NCBI GenBank assembly: GCA_963657995.1
Contig: CAVKOQ010000001.1
Span: forward strand, 471 to 64,470
Reading direction: 5' to 3'
Source: a bacterium
Lineage (GTDB): Bacteria > Bacillota > Clostridia > Lachnospirales > Lachnospiraceae
Length of the DNA: 64,000 nt
Made by a program: the position numbers and the translations under genes. The notes beneath the pieces were generated by a model. That model made no database searches. It was not told the origin of the DNA and saw nothing but the letters and a program-made list of their open reading frames with translations. Below, in pieces: positions 40,172 to 48,531 of this stretch; position 1 is the first letter of the stretch; every line of letters starts with the position of its first letter.

Positions 40172-40219
40172 AAAAAAGAGAATCGACTGGTCATTATGGC
40201 CTGTTGGTTCTCTTTTTTA
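40172..40219 (+). terminator. intrinsic terminator after tyrS
   Basis: Stem GAGAATCGACTGG / CCTGTTGGTTCTC (with wobble pairs) followed by TTTTTT. Confidence 0.65.
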
Positions 40220-40257
40220 TTTCATAGGAAAGTGAGTCCTATGAAATAAAAAAGCAT

Positions 40258-40316
40258 CTTACATTTCATCCCACAAAAATTACCTGAATTTTACAAAAAT
40301 GATACCGAAATATGAT
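40258..40316 (+). promoter_or_regulatory. putative PhoP-type Pho-box array and -10 element upstream of pstS
   Basis: Four direct TTACA-like hexamers (CTTACA, CCCACA, ATTACC, TTTACA) start 12, 9 and 11 bp apart. TATGAT lies 15 nt after the last one. Confidence 0.45.
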
Positions 40317-40407
40317 TTCTGACCATAAGAGAATCTTTTATACTGCGTATTGTAATTAATCAAATGTAAAAAAATCTTGAAACAAGAGAGGAAAGAGGAA
40401 TTTTATT

Positions 40408-41325
40408 ATGAGAAAAAATATTCAGACAACAATCGCAGTTTTAGGTGCAGCTGTTCTGGCAGCAGGAGTAGTTGGATGCGGTTCATCTAATACAGCAACA
40501 ACAGCAGCTGAAACAGCAGCAGATACAAGCACAACAGAAGCTGATAAAGCAGCAGACACAGCAGAAAAAAGTGCTGATACAAAAGATTTAAGTGGCTCTA
40601 TCACACTGGCAGGTTCCACTTCAATGGAAAAATTTGCTAATGCACTGGCAGAGACCTTCATGGAGAAATATCCGAATGTAACTGTTCAGGCCGAGTTTAC
40701 AGGTTCTTCTGCAGGTATTGAGTCAGTACTGGCAGGACAGTGTGATGTAGGTGATTCTTCCAGAGCCTTGAAGGACGAGGAGAAGGCAAAAGGTGCAGTT
40801 GAAAATATCGTAGCTATCGATGGTATCGCAGTAGTTGTAGACCCGAGCAACGCAGTAGACGGACTTACCAAGGATGAGCTTACAAGCATTTACGACGGAA
40901 GCGTAACAAACTGGAAAGATGTAGGCGGAAGCGACATGCCGATTGTAGTAGTAGGACGTGAGGCTGGTTCTGGTACAAGAGGAGCATTTGAGGAGCTGCT
41001 TGGTCTTGAGGATGCTTGTAAATACGCAAACGAGCTTGATTCCACAGGTGCTGTTATGGCAAAGGTTGCATCTACACCGGGTGCTGTAGGATATGTATCA
41101 CTTGACGTAGTTGATGATACTGTAAAGGCAGTAAAACTTGATGATGTAGAGCCGACAGAAGAAAATATCAAGGCAGGCGAGTACTTCTTAAGCCGTCCAT
41201 TCGTTATGGCAACAAATGGTGAAATTTCTGAGCAGAACGAGCTTGTACAGGCACTGTTTGACTTCGTATACTCAGCAGAAGGCGACGAACTGGTTAAATC
41301 TGTAGGTCTTATCACTACAAAATAA
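40408..41325 (+). CDS. pstS: phosphate ABC transporter substrate-binding lipoprotein PstS
   Basis: Lipobox VVGCGSS, a T/A/D-rich linker, and PstS motifs (GSTSM, GSSAGI, REAGSGTR). Confidence 0.9.
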   Translation: MRKNIQTTIAVLGAAVLAAGVVGCGSSNTATTAAETAADTSTTEADKAADTAEKSADTKDLSGSITLAGSTSMEKFANALAETFMEKYPNVTVQAEFTGSSAGIESVLAGQCDVGDSSRALKDEEKAKGAVENIVAIDGIAVVVDPSNAVDGLTKDELTSIYDGSVTNWKDVGGSDMPIVVVGREAGSGTRGAFEELLGLEDACKYANELDSTGAVMAKVASTPGAVGYVSLDVVDDTVKAVKLDDVEPTEENIKAGEYFLSRPFVMATNGEISEQNELVQALFDFVYSAEGDELVKSVGLITTK

Positions 41326-41338
41326 TCGTGACTGTTAA

Positions 41339-41364
41339 GAGCCGGCATCTGGGATGACCGGCTC
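41339..41364 (+). other. intercistronic hairpin between pstS and pstC
   Basis: GAGCCGGCATC / GATG(A)CCGGCTC gives an 11-bp stem with one bulge. No T-run follows. Confidence 0.55.
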
Positions 41365-41408
41365 CTATAAGTTACAGATAGTCTTACTTGTTTAAGCAGG
41401 AGAGATGT

Positions 41409-42347
41409 ATGCACGAAAAAAAATTTTCAATACTTGGCAGTCACGCTTCTAAATCAGCGGTTGAGAGGGCGGCAGAGTTAATTTTTACAGCCTGCGGACT
41501 TCTGGCTGTAGTAGCAGTTTTTTCAATTACTTTATACATGATAGTCAGCGGAACACCGGCACTCTTTAAGGTTGGTATTGCAGACATACTGTTCGGTACA
41601 GTATGGAAACCAACAGGTAATCCGGCATCGTTCGGTATCCTCTTTGTTATCCTGACATCAATCGTAGGAACATTTTTAGCAATTTTAATCGGTGTTCCGA
41701 TTGGTCTTTTTACAGCTATTTTCTTAGCTGAGGTCGCACCTTATAAGGTAGCAGCAGTGGTTCGCCCGGCGGTTGAGCTTTTGGCAGGTATTCCGTCAGT
41801 TATTTACGGACTTTTGGGAATCTTGATTTTAAATCCGCTTATGTACAAGCTGGAACTTAAGATTTTCTCAGGTTCCACAACTCATCAGTATACCGGTGGT
41901 GCAAACCTCATATCAGCGGTTCTGGTTCTGGCAATCATGATACTTCCGACAGTTATCAACATAAGTGAGTCATCACTCAGGGCGGTTCCTAAGAATCTTA
42001 AAAGTGCATCCTTAGCACTTGGTGCAACACATATTCAGACCATCTTCAAGGTAATTGTTCCGGCAGCACACTCAGGTATCATCACAGCTATAGTGCTCGG
42101 ATGCGGACGTGCAATCGGTGAGGCCATGGCTATCAGCCTTGTATCAGGAAGTTCGGTAAATGTTCCGCTTCCATTTAACTCAGTACGTTTCCTGACAACA
42201 GCTATTGTTGCTGAGATGTCCTACTCAGAGGGACTTCACAGAGAGGTTCTCTTTACTATCGGTCTGGTGCTGTTCATATTTATCATGTTTATCAATACAG
42301 TTCTTACCAGAATATTTGTAAAGGAGGGCAAGGCAAATGACAGATAA
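41409..42347 (+). CDS. pstC: phosphate ABC transporter permease PstC
   Basis: Six-TM permease in the conserved pstS-pstC-pstA-pstB order. The ATG at 41409 has GGAG 6 nt upstream. Confidence 0.9.
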   Translation: MHEKKFSILGSHASKSAVERAAELIFTACGLLAVVAVFSITLYMIVSGTPALFKVGIADILFGTVWKPTGNPASFGILFVILTSIVGTFLAILIGVPIGLFTAIFLAEVAPYKVAAVVRPAVELLAGIPSVIYGLLGILILNPLMYKLELKIFSGSTTHQYTGGANLISAVLVLAIMILPTVINISESSLRAVPKNLKSASLALGATHIQTIFKVIVPAAHSGIITAIVLGCGRAIGEAMAISLVSGSSVNVPLPFNSVRFLTTAIVAEMSYSEGLHREVLFTIGLVLFIFIMFINTVLTRIFVKEGKANDR

Positions 42348-43212
42348 TAAAATGACGAGCATATACGATAAGCGCGTCCGTCCTATGGACAATGTCCTGA
42401 AAGCACTCATTTATCTGTCAGCGGCATTTGCTATCGCACTTCTTGTCGGAATCATGGGATATGTATTCGTGAGAGGACTTCCGCAGATTTCATGGCAGTT
42501 TTTATCAACCGTACAGAGTTCACTTAAAGGAACTTTCGGTATTCTCGGAAATATCGTAAATACGATTTATATCATCGTTATCACGCTTATAGTCGCAGCA
42601 CCGGTCGGAATCGGTTCTGCAATATATCTGAATGAGTACGCAAAGCCGGGAAAACTGGTAAAGACGATTGAGTTTACCACAGAGATACTTTCCGGTATTC
42701 CATCGATTATATTCGGTCTGTTTGGTATGGTATTCTTCGGAATGACACTGGGACTTGGATATTCAGTACTTACTGGCTCATTTACACTTACACTAATGGT
42801 ACTTCCTCTGATAACGAGAAATACTCAGGAAGCACTTAAGACAGTTCCGGATAGCTACAGAAGTGGTGCACTTGGAATAGGTGCAACCAAATGGTACATG
42901 ATTCGTACAATTCTTCTTCCGAGTGCTGCACCGGGTATTCTCACAGGTGTTATTCTTTCAATCGGACGTATCGTAGGCGAGTCTGCAGCACTTCTGTTTA
43001 CAGCAGGAAGTGGTTTCCAGCTGCCGAAGAATCTTTTTGGAAAATTATTTGAATCGAGTGGTACACTTACCATTCAGCTGTATCTGTCAATGCAGAAGGC
43101 TAAGTATGACCAGGCATTCGCTGTAGCAGTGGTACTGTTAATCATCGTACTTGGAATCAACCTTTTGACCAGGTTTTTGACGAATCGCTTTGATGTGACA
43201 AAACTGAAATAA
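42337..43212 (+). CDS. pstA: phosphate ABC transporter permease PstA
   Basis: Permease whose start overlaps the pstC stop. It contains an EAA-like loop (EALKTVPDSYRSGALGIGATKW). Confidence 0.9.
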   Translation: MTDNKMTSIYDKRVRPMDNVLKALIYLSAAFAIALLVGIMGYVFVRGLPQISWQFLSTVQSSLKGTFGILGNIVNTIYIIVITLIVAAPVGIGSAIYLNEYAKPGKLVKTIEFTTEILSGIPSIIFGLFGMVFFGMTLGLGYSVLTGSFTLTLMVLPLITRNTQEALKTVPDSYRSGALGIGATKWYMIRTILLPSAAPGILTGVILSIGRIVGESAALLFTAGSGFQLPKNLFGKLFESSGTLTIQLYLSMQKAKYDQAFAVAVVLLIIVLGINLLTRFLTNRFDVTKLK

Positions 43213-43230
43213 AGTATAAAGAGGAAATAT

Positions 43231-43986
43231 ATGGAAACAAAAATTTCTACATCAGAACTTAATCTGTACTATGGAAATAATCATGCACTAAAAAATATCA
43301 ATCTTGATATATATGAAAATCAGATCACAGCGTTTATCGGTCCGTCCGGCTGTGGTAAATCAACATATTTGAAAACACTTAATCGTATGAACGACCTGGT
43401 GCCAAATGTTACCATTGATGGAAAAGTGCTTATTGACGGAGAAGATATCTATGATCAGAGAGTTGATACCACACTTCTTAGAAAAAAGGTGGGTATGGTA
43501 TTTCAGCAGCCAAATCCATTTCCGATGAGTATCTATGACAATATAGCTTACGGACCACGAATTCATGGTATCAAGGGTAAAGCTGAACTTGATGAGATTG
43601 TCGAGAGAAGTCTTCGGGGTTCAGCACTCTGGGATGAGGTCAAGGATCGTCTGAAACGTTCGGCACTTGGTCTTTCCGGTGGACAGCAGCAGCGTCTTTG
43701 TATAGCTCGTGCCCTGGCAGTAGAGCCTGAGATTCTTTTGATGGATGAGCCGACGTCTGCTCTGGATCCTATATCTACACTCAAGATCGAGGATTTGATG
43801 GGGGAGCTTAAGAAAAAATACACAGTTGTTATCGTAACACACAATATGCAGCAGGCTACCCGTATAGCTGATTATACGGCATTTTTCCTGGTAGGCGAAG
43901 TGGTAGAATACGCACCGACAACAGATCTGTTCTCACATCCGAGAGAAAAAAAGACAGAAGATTATATTACAGGTCGATTTGGCTGA
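43231..43986 (+). CDS. pstB: phosphate ABC transporter ATP-binding protein PstB
   Basis: [17 protein letters not shown] and [11 protein letters not shown] motifs; 251 aa. Confidence 0.95.
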   Translation: METKISTSELNLYYGNNHALKNINLDIYENQITAFIGPSGCGKSTYLKTLNRMNDLVPNVTIDGKVLIDGEDIYDQRVDTTLLRKKVGMVFQQPNPFPMSIYDNIAYGPRIHGIKGKAELDEIVERSLRGSALWDEVKDRLKRSALGLSGGQQQRLCIARALAVEPEILLMDEPTSALDPISTLKIEDLMGELKKKYTVVIVTHNMQQATRIADYTAFFLVGEVVEYAPTTDLFSHPREKKTEDYITGRFG

Positions 43987-44019
43987 TGTGTGAAAGAGAT
44001 AAGATGGAGGAAACGTGCA

Positions 44020-44682
44020 ATGCCTATAAGAGATGCATTTTTACAGGAACTGGACAGTCTTAACCATGAGCTGATGGTGATGAGTCAGATGGTTGAAGAT
44101 GCCATAGATAATAGCTTTCAGGCACTCAGTGAGCACAATACTGAGTTGGCAAATAAAGTTATAAAAGGTGACCGCGATGTGGACAATATGGAGAGAAAGA
44201 TCGAGACACACTGTCTGACGCTTATGCTTAAGCAGCAGCCGGTGGCAAGCGATCTCAGACATATTTCTACAGCCCTTAAGGTGGTAACAGACCTTGAGAG
44301 AATGGGAGATCAGGCTGCGGATATAGCAGATTTGTCACTTCGTCTCGAAAAATCAGATGTAAGTCTGGTAAGCAAACATCTTCCGGCAATGGTTGCCAAT
44401 GTAAAGACCATGGTTCAGGATGCGATTCGGGCATTTGTAGATGGTGATACAGATACAGCCGAGACGTTTGATAGCCGTGACGACCTCATCGATGCTTTCT
44501 TTGAGAGAGTAAAACAGGAAGTGATTGAGTTCCTTAAAAAAGATGGTAATAAATCTGATGTGGCTGTAGATGTTCTGATGGTGGCAAAGTATCTTGAGAG
44601 AATTGCTGACCACGCAGTGAATGTATGCGAGTGGACAGAATTCTCAGATACAGGTGCGGTAGGAGATGTGATGATACTGTAA
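44020..44682 (+). CDS. phoU: phosphate signalling complex protein PhoU
   Basis: Two PhoU repeats, each with a ERxxDxA motif (LERMGDQAADIA and LERIADHAVNV). GGAGG lies 9 nt upstream of the 44020 ATG. Confidence 0.9.
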   Translation: MPIRDAFLQELDSLNHELMVMSQMVEDAIDNSFQALSEHNTELANKVIKGDRDVDNMERKIETHCLTLMLKQQPVASDLRHISTALKVVTDLERMGDQAADIADLSLRLEKSDVSLVSKHLPAMVANVKTMVQDAIRAFVDGDTDTAETFDSRDDLIDAFFERVKQEVIEFLKKDGNKSDVAVDVLMVAKYLERIADHAVNVCEWTEFSDTGAVGDVMIL

Positions 44683-44690
44683 TGGTATTG

Positions 44691-44719
44691 GAATATACGG
44701 CTTATGTGGTGCCGTATTC
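44691..44719. terminator. possible bidirectional hairpin between convergent phoU and MBL-hydrolase genes
   Basis: GAATA(TA)CGGC / GCCGTATTC stem; flanking T-runs are weak. Confidence 0.3.
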
Positions 44720-44727
44720 TGTAACGT

Positions 44728-45621
44728 TTACCGACTAAAATATACAGTATCGTTTTTGACGTCGAGATGGGCATAACCATCCATAACCAACTGTTCAAGA
44801 TAAGGACGCAGGTGGCGTTCCTGACGAATAAGCTGGTCATAGGTTCCGATATACATTCCGATCAGGCGTCTTGCCGCCTGGTAAAACTCATCACGGGTCA
44901 TAGGTGTCCTTAAAAGCTCTGCCAGTTCATTCAGGCGGAGCTTTATTAAATTTATGTTTTTATCGGCCAGTTCACTTATGTCACCGTCAAAAGGACCTTT
45001 ATGGGACATGATCCAGTATTTATAAGGCAGATGTTTGATGGCTTCCTTGCTTTTGAGATCCATGCCGACATGGTCACAGTACGGAAGTTTTACATGGCGA
45101 AGTACATTTTCGGTCAAAAGAGCATCACCGGTAAAGCAGACATCGTCAGGTGTGCCGATAACGATATGATCTACAGAATGTCCGGACAGATGATGAATAG
45201 TAAATGTCACATCGCAGAGAGTGACAGAGGTGTCTTCTGGATGTATGATTATGTCAACCGGACAACGCTGTTCATTATCTATAGAATATTTTTCCTCGTC
45301 TGAACGTCCAAAATAGTTAGTATATCTTTCCAAGGCGGCAGGAGAGGCAATAAGCCCGGCCTCACCGAGTGACATGGCAAGAGGGATGTTAAAAGATTCT
45401 CTCAGATGCTTGCTGTTGCCGTGGTGGTCAATATGGGCGTGAGATACAATCAGACCAGCCGGTGTCATGCCGGCAGATTGAAGGGCATCAACAAGTTCAT
45501 CATATTCTTTAGAATATCCGTTATCGAAGAGAATACATCGGGTATCATCTATGCGGTATACACCGATTGCTGTCCGACCTAGCAGACAGTAAGTACTTCC
45601 ATAAACATGCTTAAGTTCCAA
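44728..45621 (-). CDS. MBL-fold metallo-hydrolase
   Basis: HxHxDH motif (SHAHIDHHG) plus downstream His/Asp ligands; 297 aa with a helical C-terminal tail. Confidence 0.8.
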   Translation of the reverse strand: MELKHVYGSTYCLLGRTAIGVYRIDDTRCILFDNGYSKEYDELVDALQSAGMTPAGLIVSHAHIDHHGNSKHLRESFNIPLAMSLGEAGLIASPAALERYTNYFGRSDEEKYSIDNEQRCPVDIIIHPEDTSVTLCDVTFTIHHLSGHSVDHIVIGTPDDVCFTGDALLTENVLRHVKLPYCDHVGMDLKSKEAIKHLPYKYWIMSHKGPFDGDISELADKNINLIKLRLNELAELLRTPMTRDEFYQAARRLIGMYIGTYDQLIRQERHLRPYLEQLVMDGYAHLDVKNDTVYFSR

Positions 45622-45649
45622 GATAATTTCCTCCCTGGCAGTTACTATA

Positions 45650-45689
45650 AATATAAAAAGCGACGGCAGAGAATAACTCCGCTGTCGCT
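45650..45689 (-). terminator. intrinsic terminator of tRNA-Arg
   Basis: On the - strand, AGCGACAGC / GCCGTCGCT (one mismatch) is followed by TTTTATATTT. Confidence 0.6.
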
Positions 45690-45704
45690 ATGTGTTAGTT
45701 ACAG

Positions 45705-45776
45705 TGCGTCTGATAGGAATCGAACCTACGCCTCAGGCTCCGGAGGCCGGCGCTCTATCCACTGAGCTACAGACGC
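45705..45776 (-). tRNA. tRNA-Arg (anticodon CCG)
   Basis: Reverse complement is GCGTCTGTAGCTCAGTGGATAGAGCGCCGGCCTCCGGAGCCTGAGGCGTAGGTTCGATTCCTATCAGACGCA. It folds as a cloverleaf with anticodon loop CU-CCG-GA, carries one C-U mismatch in the anticodon stem, and does not encode CCA. Confidence 0.8.
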
Positions 45777-45785
45777 ATCATAGCT

Positions 45786-45814
45786 ATATTACTATCAATG
45801 GATGGAAAATGCAA
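45786..45814 (-). promoter_or_regulatory. putative sigma-A promoter for tRNA-Arg (TTGCAT-17-TAATAT)
   Basis: On the - strand, TTGCAT (45814-45809), a 17-nt spacer, and TAATAT (45791-45786), 9 nt upstream of the tRNA 5' end. Confidence 0.6.
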
Positions 45815-45903
45815 GGAGTTTTTAAATTTGACAAATTTCGTTAAATACACATATTGTATAATTTAAGACTAGATATTGGCTATGTTAGCCTTTGAAAAAG
45901 TCT

Positions 45904-46506
45904 TTAAGCTAAAACTTTTTTGATGGCCTCAAACAGCTCATCATATGTCTCGAAAGCCTGAAATTGCGGATATTCAGCTTTGATCTCATCTGTTGTACGG
46001 AAAAGAAATCCTGCCTTGCTTGCCTCAATCATGGCAAGGTCGTTGTGGCTGTCACCGCTGGCGATCGTCTCAAAACCGCAAGACTGAAGAGCTTTTACGG
46101 TAGTATATTTGGATTTTTCACAGCGCATCTTAAAATCTGTTATCTCTCCGTTATCAGCGACCACAAGTGAATTACAGAAGATGGTCGGATAGCCCAGTTT
46201 TTTCATAAGAGGTCCGGCAAACTGTGAGAATGTGTCACTTAGGATGATTACCTGAGTGATTTCTTTAAGCTTGTCTAAAAATTCTTTTGCACCCGGAAGC
46301 GGATCAATTTTGGAGATCGTTTCCTGAATTTCTTTGAGTCCTAATCCGTGTTCACGGAGAATATTTAAACGATAGTTCATCAATTTGTCATAATCCGGTT
46401 CGTCACGGGTTGTTCTTTTCAATTCCTGAATGCCGGTTTCTTCAGCAAATGCAATCCAGATTTCCGGTACTAAAACACCTTCCAGATCTAAGCATACAAT
46501 GTCCAT
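45904..46506 (-). CDS. thrH: ThrH-like HAD-superfamily phosphatase (phosphoserine phosphatase / homoserine phosphotransferase family)
   Basis: N-terminus MDIVCLDLEGVLVPEIWIAFAEETGI closely matches the ThrH N-terminus as I recall it from Pseudomonas. HAD motif I is DLEG and motif IV is GDSHND. The ATG at 46506 has AGGAGG upstream. Confidence 0.7.
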   Translation of the reverse strand: MDIVCLDLEGVLVPEIWIAFAEETGIQELKRTTRDEPDYDKLMNYRLNILREHGLGLKEIQETISKIDPLPGAKEFLDKLKEITQVIILSDTFSQFAGPLMKKLGYPTIFCNSLVVADNGEITDFKMRCEKSKYTTVKALQSCGFETIASGDSHNDLAMIEASKAGFLFRTTDEIKAEYPQFQAFETYDELFEAIKKVLA

Positions 46507-46534
46507 ATTTCCTCCTAATCTGATACAGCATTGA

Positions 46535-46546
46535 TGTGATATCACA
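46535..46546. promoter_or_regulatory. perfect 12-bp palindrome TGTGATATCACA upstream of thrH
   Basis: Read directly from the sequence. It lies 29 nt upstream of the thrH start codon, in the thrH/SulP divergent region. Confidence 0.4.
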
Positions 46547-46681
46547 CATTTAACATAGCTGTGCTCGGTAAAAATTTCTTCCTATTATAGACGAAATACA
46601 TGGGAAATGCCAGAGGTATTTTAGAAATACACATTTTTCTTACGGAACACTTAAAAAAAGATGTTAAAATTTTGAAAAAAC

Positions 46682-46709
46682 TAGACAGCTATATAATTTG
46701 CAGTATAAT
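46682..46709 (+). promoter_or_regulatory. putative sigma-A promoter for the SulP-lipoprotein pair (TAGACA-16-TATAAT)
   Basis: Hexamers at 46682-46687 and 46704-46709. This leaves a 5' UTR of about 115 nt. Confidence 0.4.
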
Positions 46710-46827
46710 AGGTAAGTATTGGCCTGCTTGACATCTTAAATATTAACAGCAGTCATATCAATATCAGTTTTTCATGGGGAAATCCTGTGAATTTATTATG
46801 CAGTAAAGAAAAGGGAGATTTAGAGTT

Positions 46828-48513
46828 ATGGAAAAGATACGTCCAATGTTGTTCACAACATTGAAGAACTACTCCGGTGCACAGTTTGCTTCGGATGTGG
46901 TAGCCGGTATCATCGTGGCTATCATTGCACTGCCTCTTTCGATTGCACTTGCACTGGCTTCAGGTGTAGGTCCGGAACAGGGTATCTATACGGCGATTGC
47001 AGCAGGATTTGTGATTTCGTTATTAGGCGGCAGTCAGGTGCAGATTGCAGGACCAACCGCAGCATTTGCAACGATAGTGGCCGGTATTGTGGCAAAAAGT
47101 GGTGTTGAAGGTCTGGCGGTAGCGACTATCATGGCTGGTATTATTCTTATTGTCATGGGATTTTGTCATTTTGGTTCGCTGATTAAGTTCATCCCGTTTA
47201 CGATTACAACAGGATTTACTTCAGGTATTGCAGTTACGATTGTTATTGGCCAGCTGAAGGATTTTTTTGGTGTGACTTATCCGGCAGGTATGGAGACAAT
47301 CGAGACCATGCAGAAGCTCAAGGCTTTTGTAGCAGGATTTAGCAGTGTCAACATACATGCGATTATTGTAGGTGTGGTATGTATGGCGATTCTTATTGTG
47401 ATGCCGATGATCACAGAGAAGATTCCGGGATCCCTTGTAGCAGTTATAGCAGGTATCCTGATGGTGAAGTTTCTGCCGCTAAGTGTCAACACGATAGGTG
47501 ATCTCTATACGGTCAGCAACAAGCTTCCGGCATTTCGCCTTCCGGTATTCAGCTATGCTGTAATCCAGGGATCGCTGTCTGATGCGTTTACGATTGCAGT
47601 GCTTGCAGCAATTGAGTCCCTGCTTTCATGTGTGGTAGCAGACGGAATGATCGGTGGAAAACACCGTTCAAATACTGAGCTGGTGGCACAGGGTGCCGGT
47701 AATATCGTTTCCGCTCTTTTTGGCGGTATTCCTGCAACCGGTGCAATAGCACGTACCGCAGCAAATATAAAAAACGGAGGACGTTCTCCGATTGCCGGTA
47801 TGGTTCATGCACTTGTACTCCTTCTGATTCTCGTGGTTCTGATGCCATGTGCAAGCTGGATTCCTATGCCTACGATCGCAGCTATTCTTTTCATGGTAGC
47901 TTATAATATGTGCCAGTGGAGAACATTTGTTAAACTTGCAAAGACGGCTCCTAAGAGTGATATTGCAGTTTTGGTGCTTACATTCTTCTTGACAGTAGTA
48001 TTTGACCTTGTAGTTGCTATCGAGATCGGTATGCTTTTGGCCTGCCTGCTGTTTATGAAGCGTATGAGTGATGAGACAGGTGTCAGAAACTGGATTCATG
48101 TTGAGGAAGCAAAAGAACAGAAACAAAACGAAGAGAAGGAGAAGGAAGAGCCTTCTCATGCTGACACAGAACTTAGAGAGATTCCGCTTGAGCTGGCAGT
48201 TTATGAAATTACAGGACCACTCTTCTTTGGAGCAGCAGACCGTATCAATCAGATCGAAGTTAAAGATGTGACGAGATGTCTGATTTTACGTATGCGTGCA
48301 GTGCCGGCAGTAGACAGTACAGGAATGAATGCGATGTTTGCATTATATGAAAGATGCAAGAAAAATGGTGTTACGCTGATCTTGTCACATGTCAATGAGC
48401 AGCCAATGCATGTCATGGAAAAAGATGGATTTGTAGATACGGTCGGAAGAGATCATTTCTGCAAGAATATCGAGGAAGCACTTGATCATGCAGATGAAGT
48501 TCTGACTGTTTAA
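46828..48513 (+). CDS. SulP family inorganic anion transporter with C-terminal STAS domain
   Basis: 561 aa with a polytopic N-terminal domain (ALPLSIALALASG, SulP-type) and, after a charged linker, a cytoplasmic STAS-like domain (VYEITGPLFFGAAD). Confidence 0.85.
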   Translation: MEKIRPMLFTTLKNYSGAQFASDVVAGIIVAIIALPLSIALALASGVGPEQGIYTAIAAGFVISLLGGSQVQIAGPTAAFATIVAGIVAKSGVEGLAVATIMAGIILIVMGFCHFGSLIKFIPFTITTGFTSGIAVTIVIGQLKDFFGVTYPAGMETIETMQKLKAFVAGFSSVNIHAIIVGVVCMAILIVMPMITEKIPGSLVAVIAGILMVKFLPLSVNTIGDLYTVSNKLPAFRLPVFSYAVIQGSLSDAFTIAVLAAIESLLSCVVADGMIGGKHRSNTELVAQGAGNIVSALFGGIPATGAIARTAANIKNGGRSPIAGMVHALVLLLILVVLMPCASWIPMPTIAAILFMVAYNMCQWRTFVKLAKTAPKSDIAVLVLTFFLTVVFDLVVAIEIGMLLACLLFMKRMSDETGVRNWIHVEEAKEQKQNEEKEKEEPSHADTELREIPLELAVYEITGPLFFGAADRINQIEVKDVTRCLILRMRAVPAVDSTGMNAMFALYERCKKNGVTLILSHVNEQPMHVMEKDGFVDTVGRDHFCKNIEEALDHADEVLTV

Positions 48514-48531
48514 TAAGGAGGTAAATTGAAG

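Noticed and set aside
40214-40253. Second hairpin after tyrS (TTTTTTATTTCATAGGA / TCCTATGAAATAAAAAA), possibly a second terminator or regulatory switch
   Set aside because: It has no downstream U-tract of its own. It shares the T-run of the tyrS terminator and looks like part of an AT-rich bidirectional terminator region, with no evidence for more.
40890-41414. 174-aa S/T-rich ORF antisense to pstS. Similar Ala/Ser-rich antisense ORFs occur at 6040-6399 (in rplL), 13704-14189 (in secDF) and 44415-44840.
   Set aside because: These are low-complexity translations mirroring the sense-strand composition, and each overlaps a confident gene.
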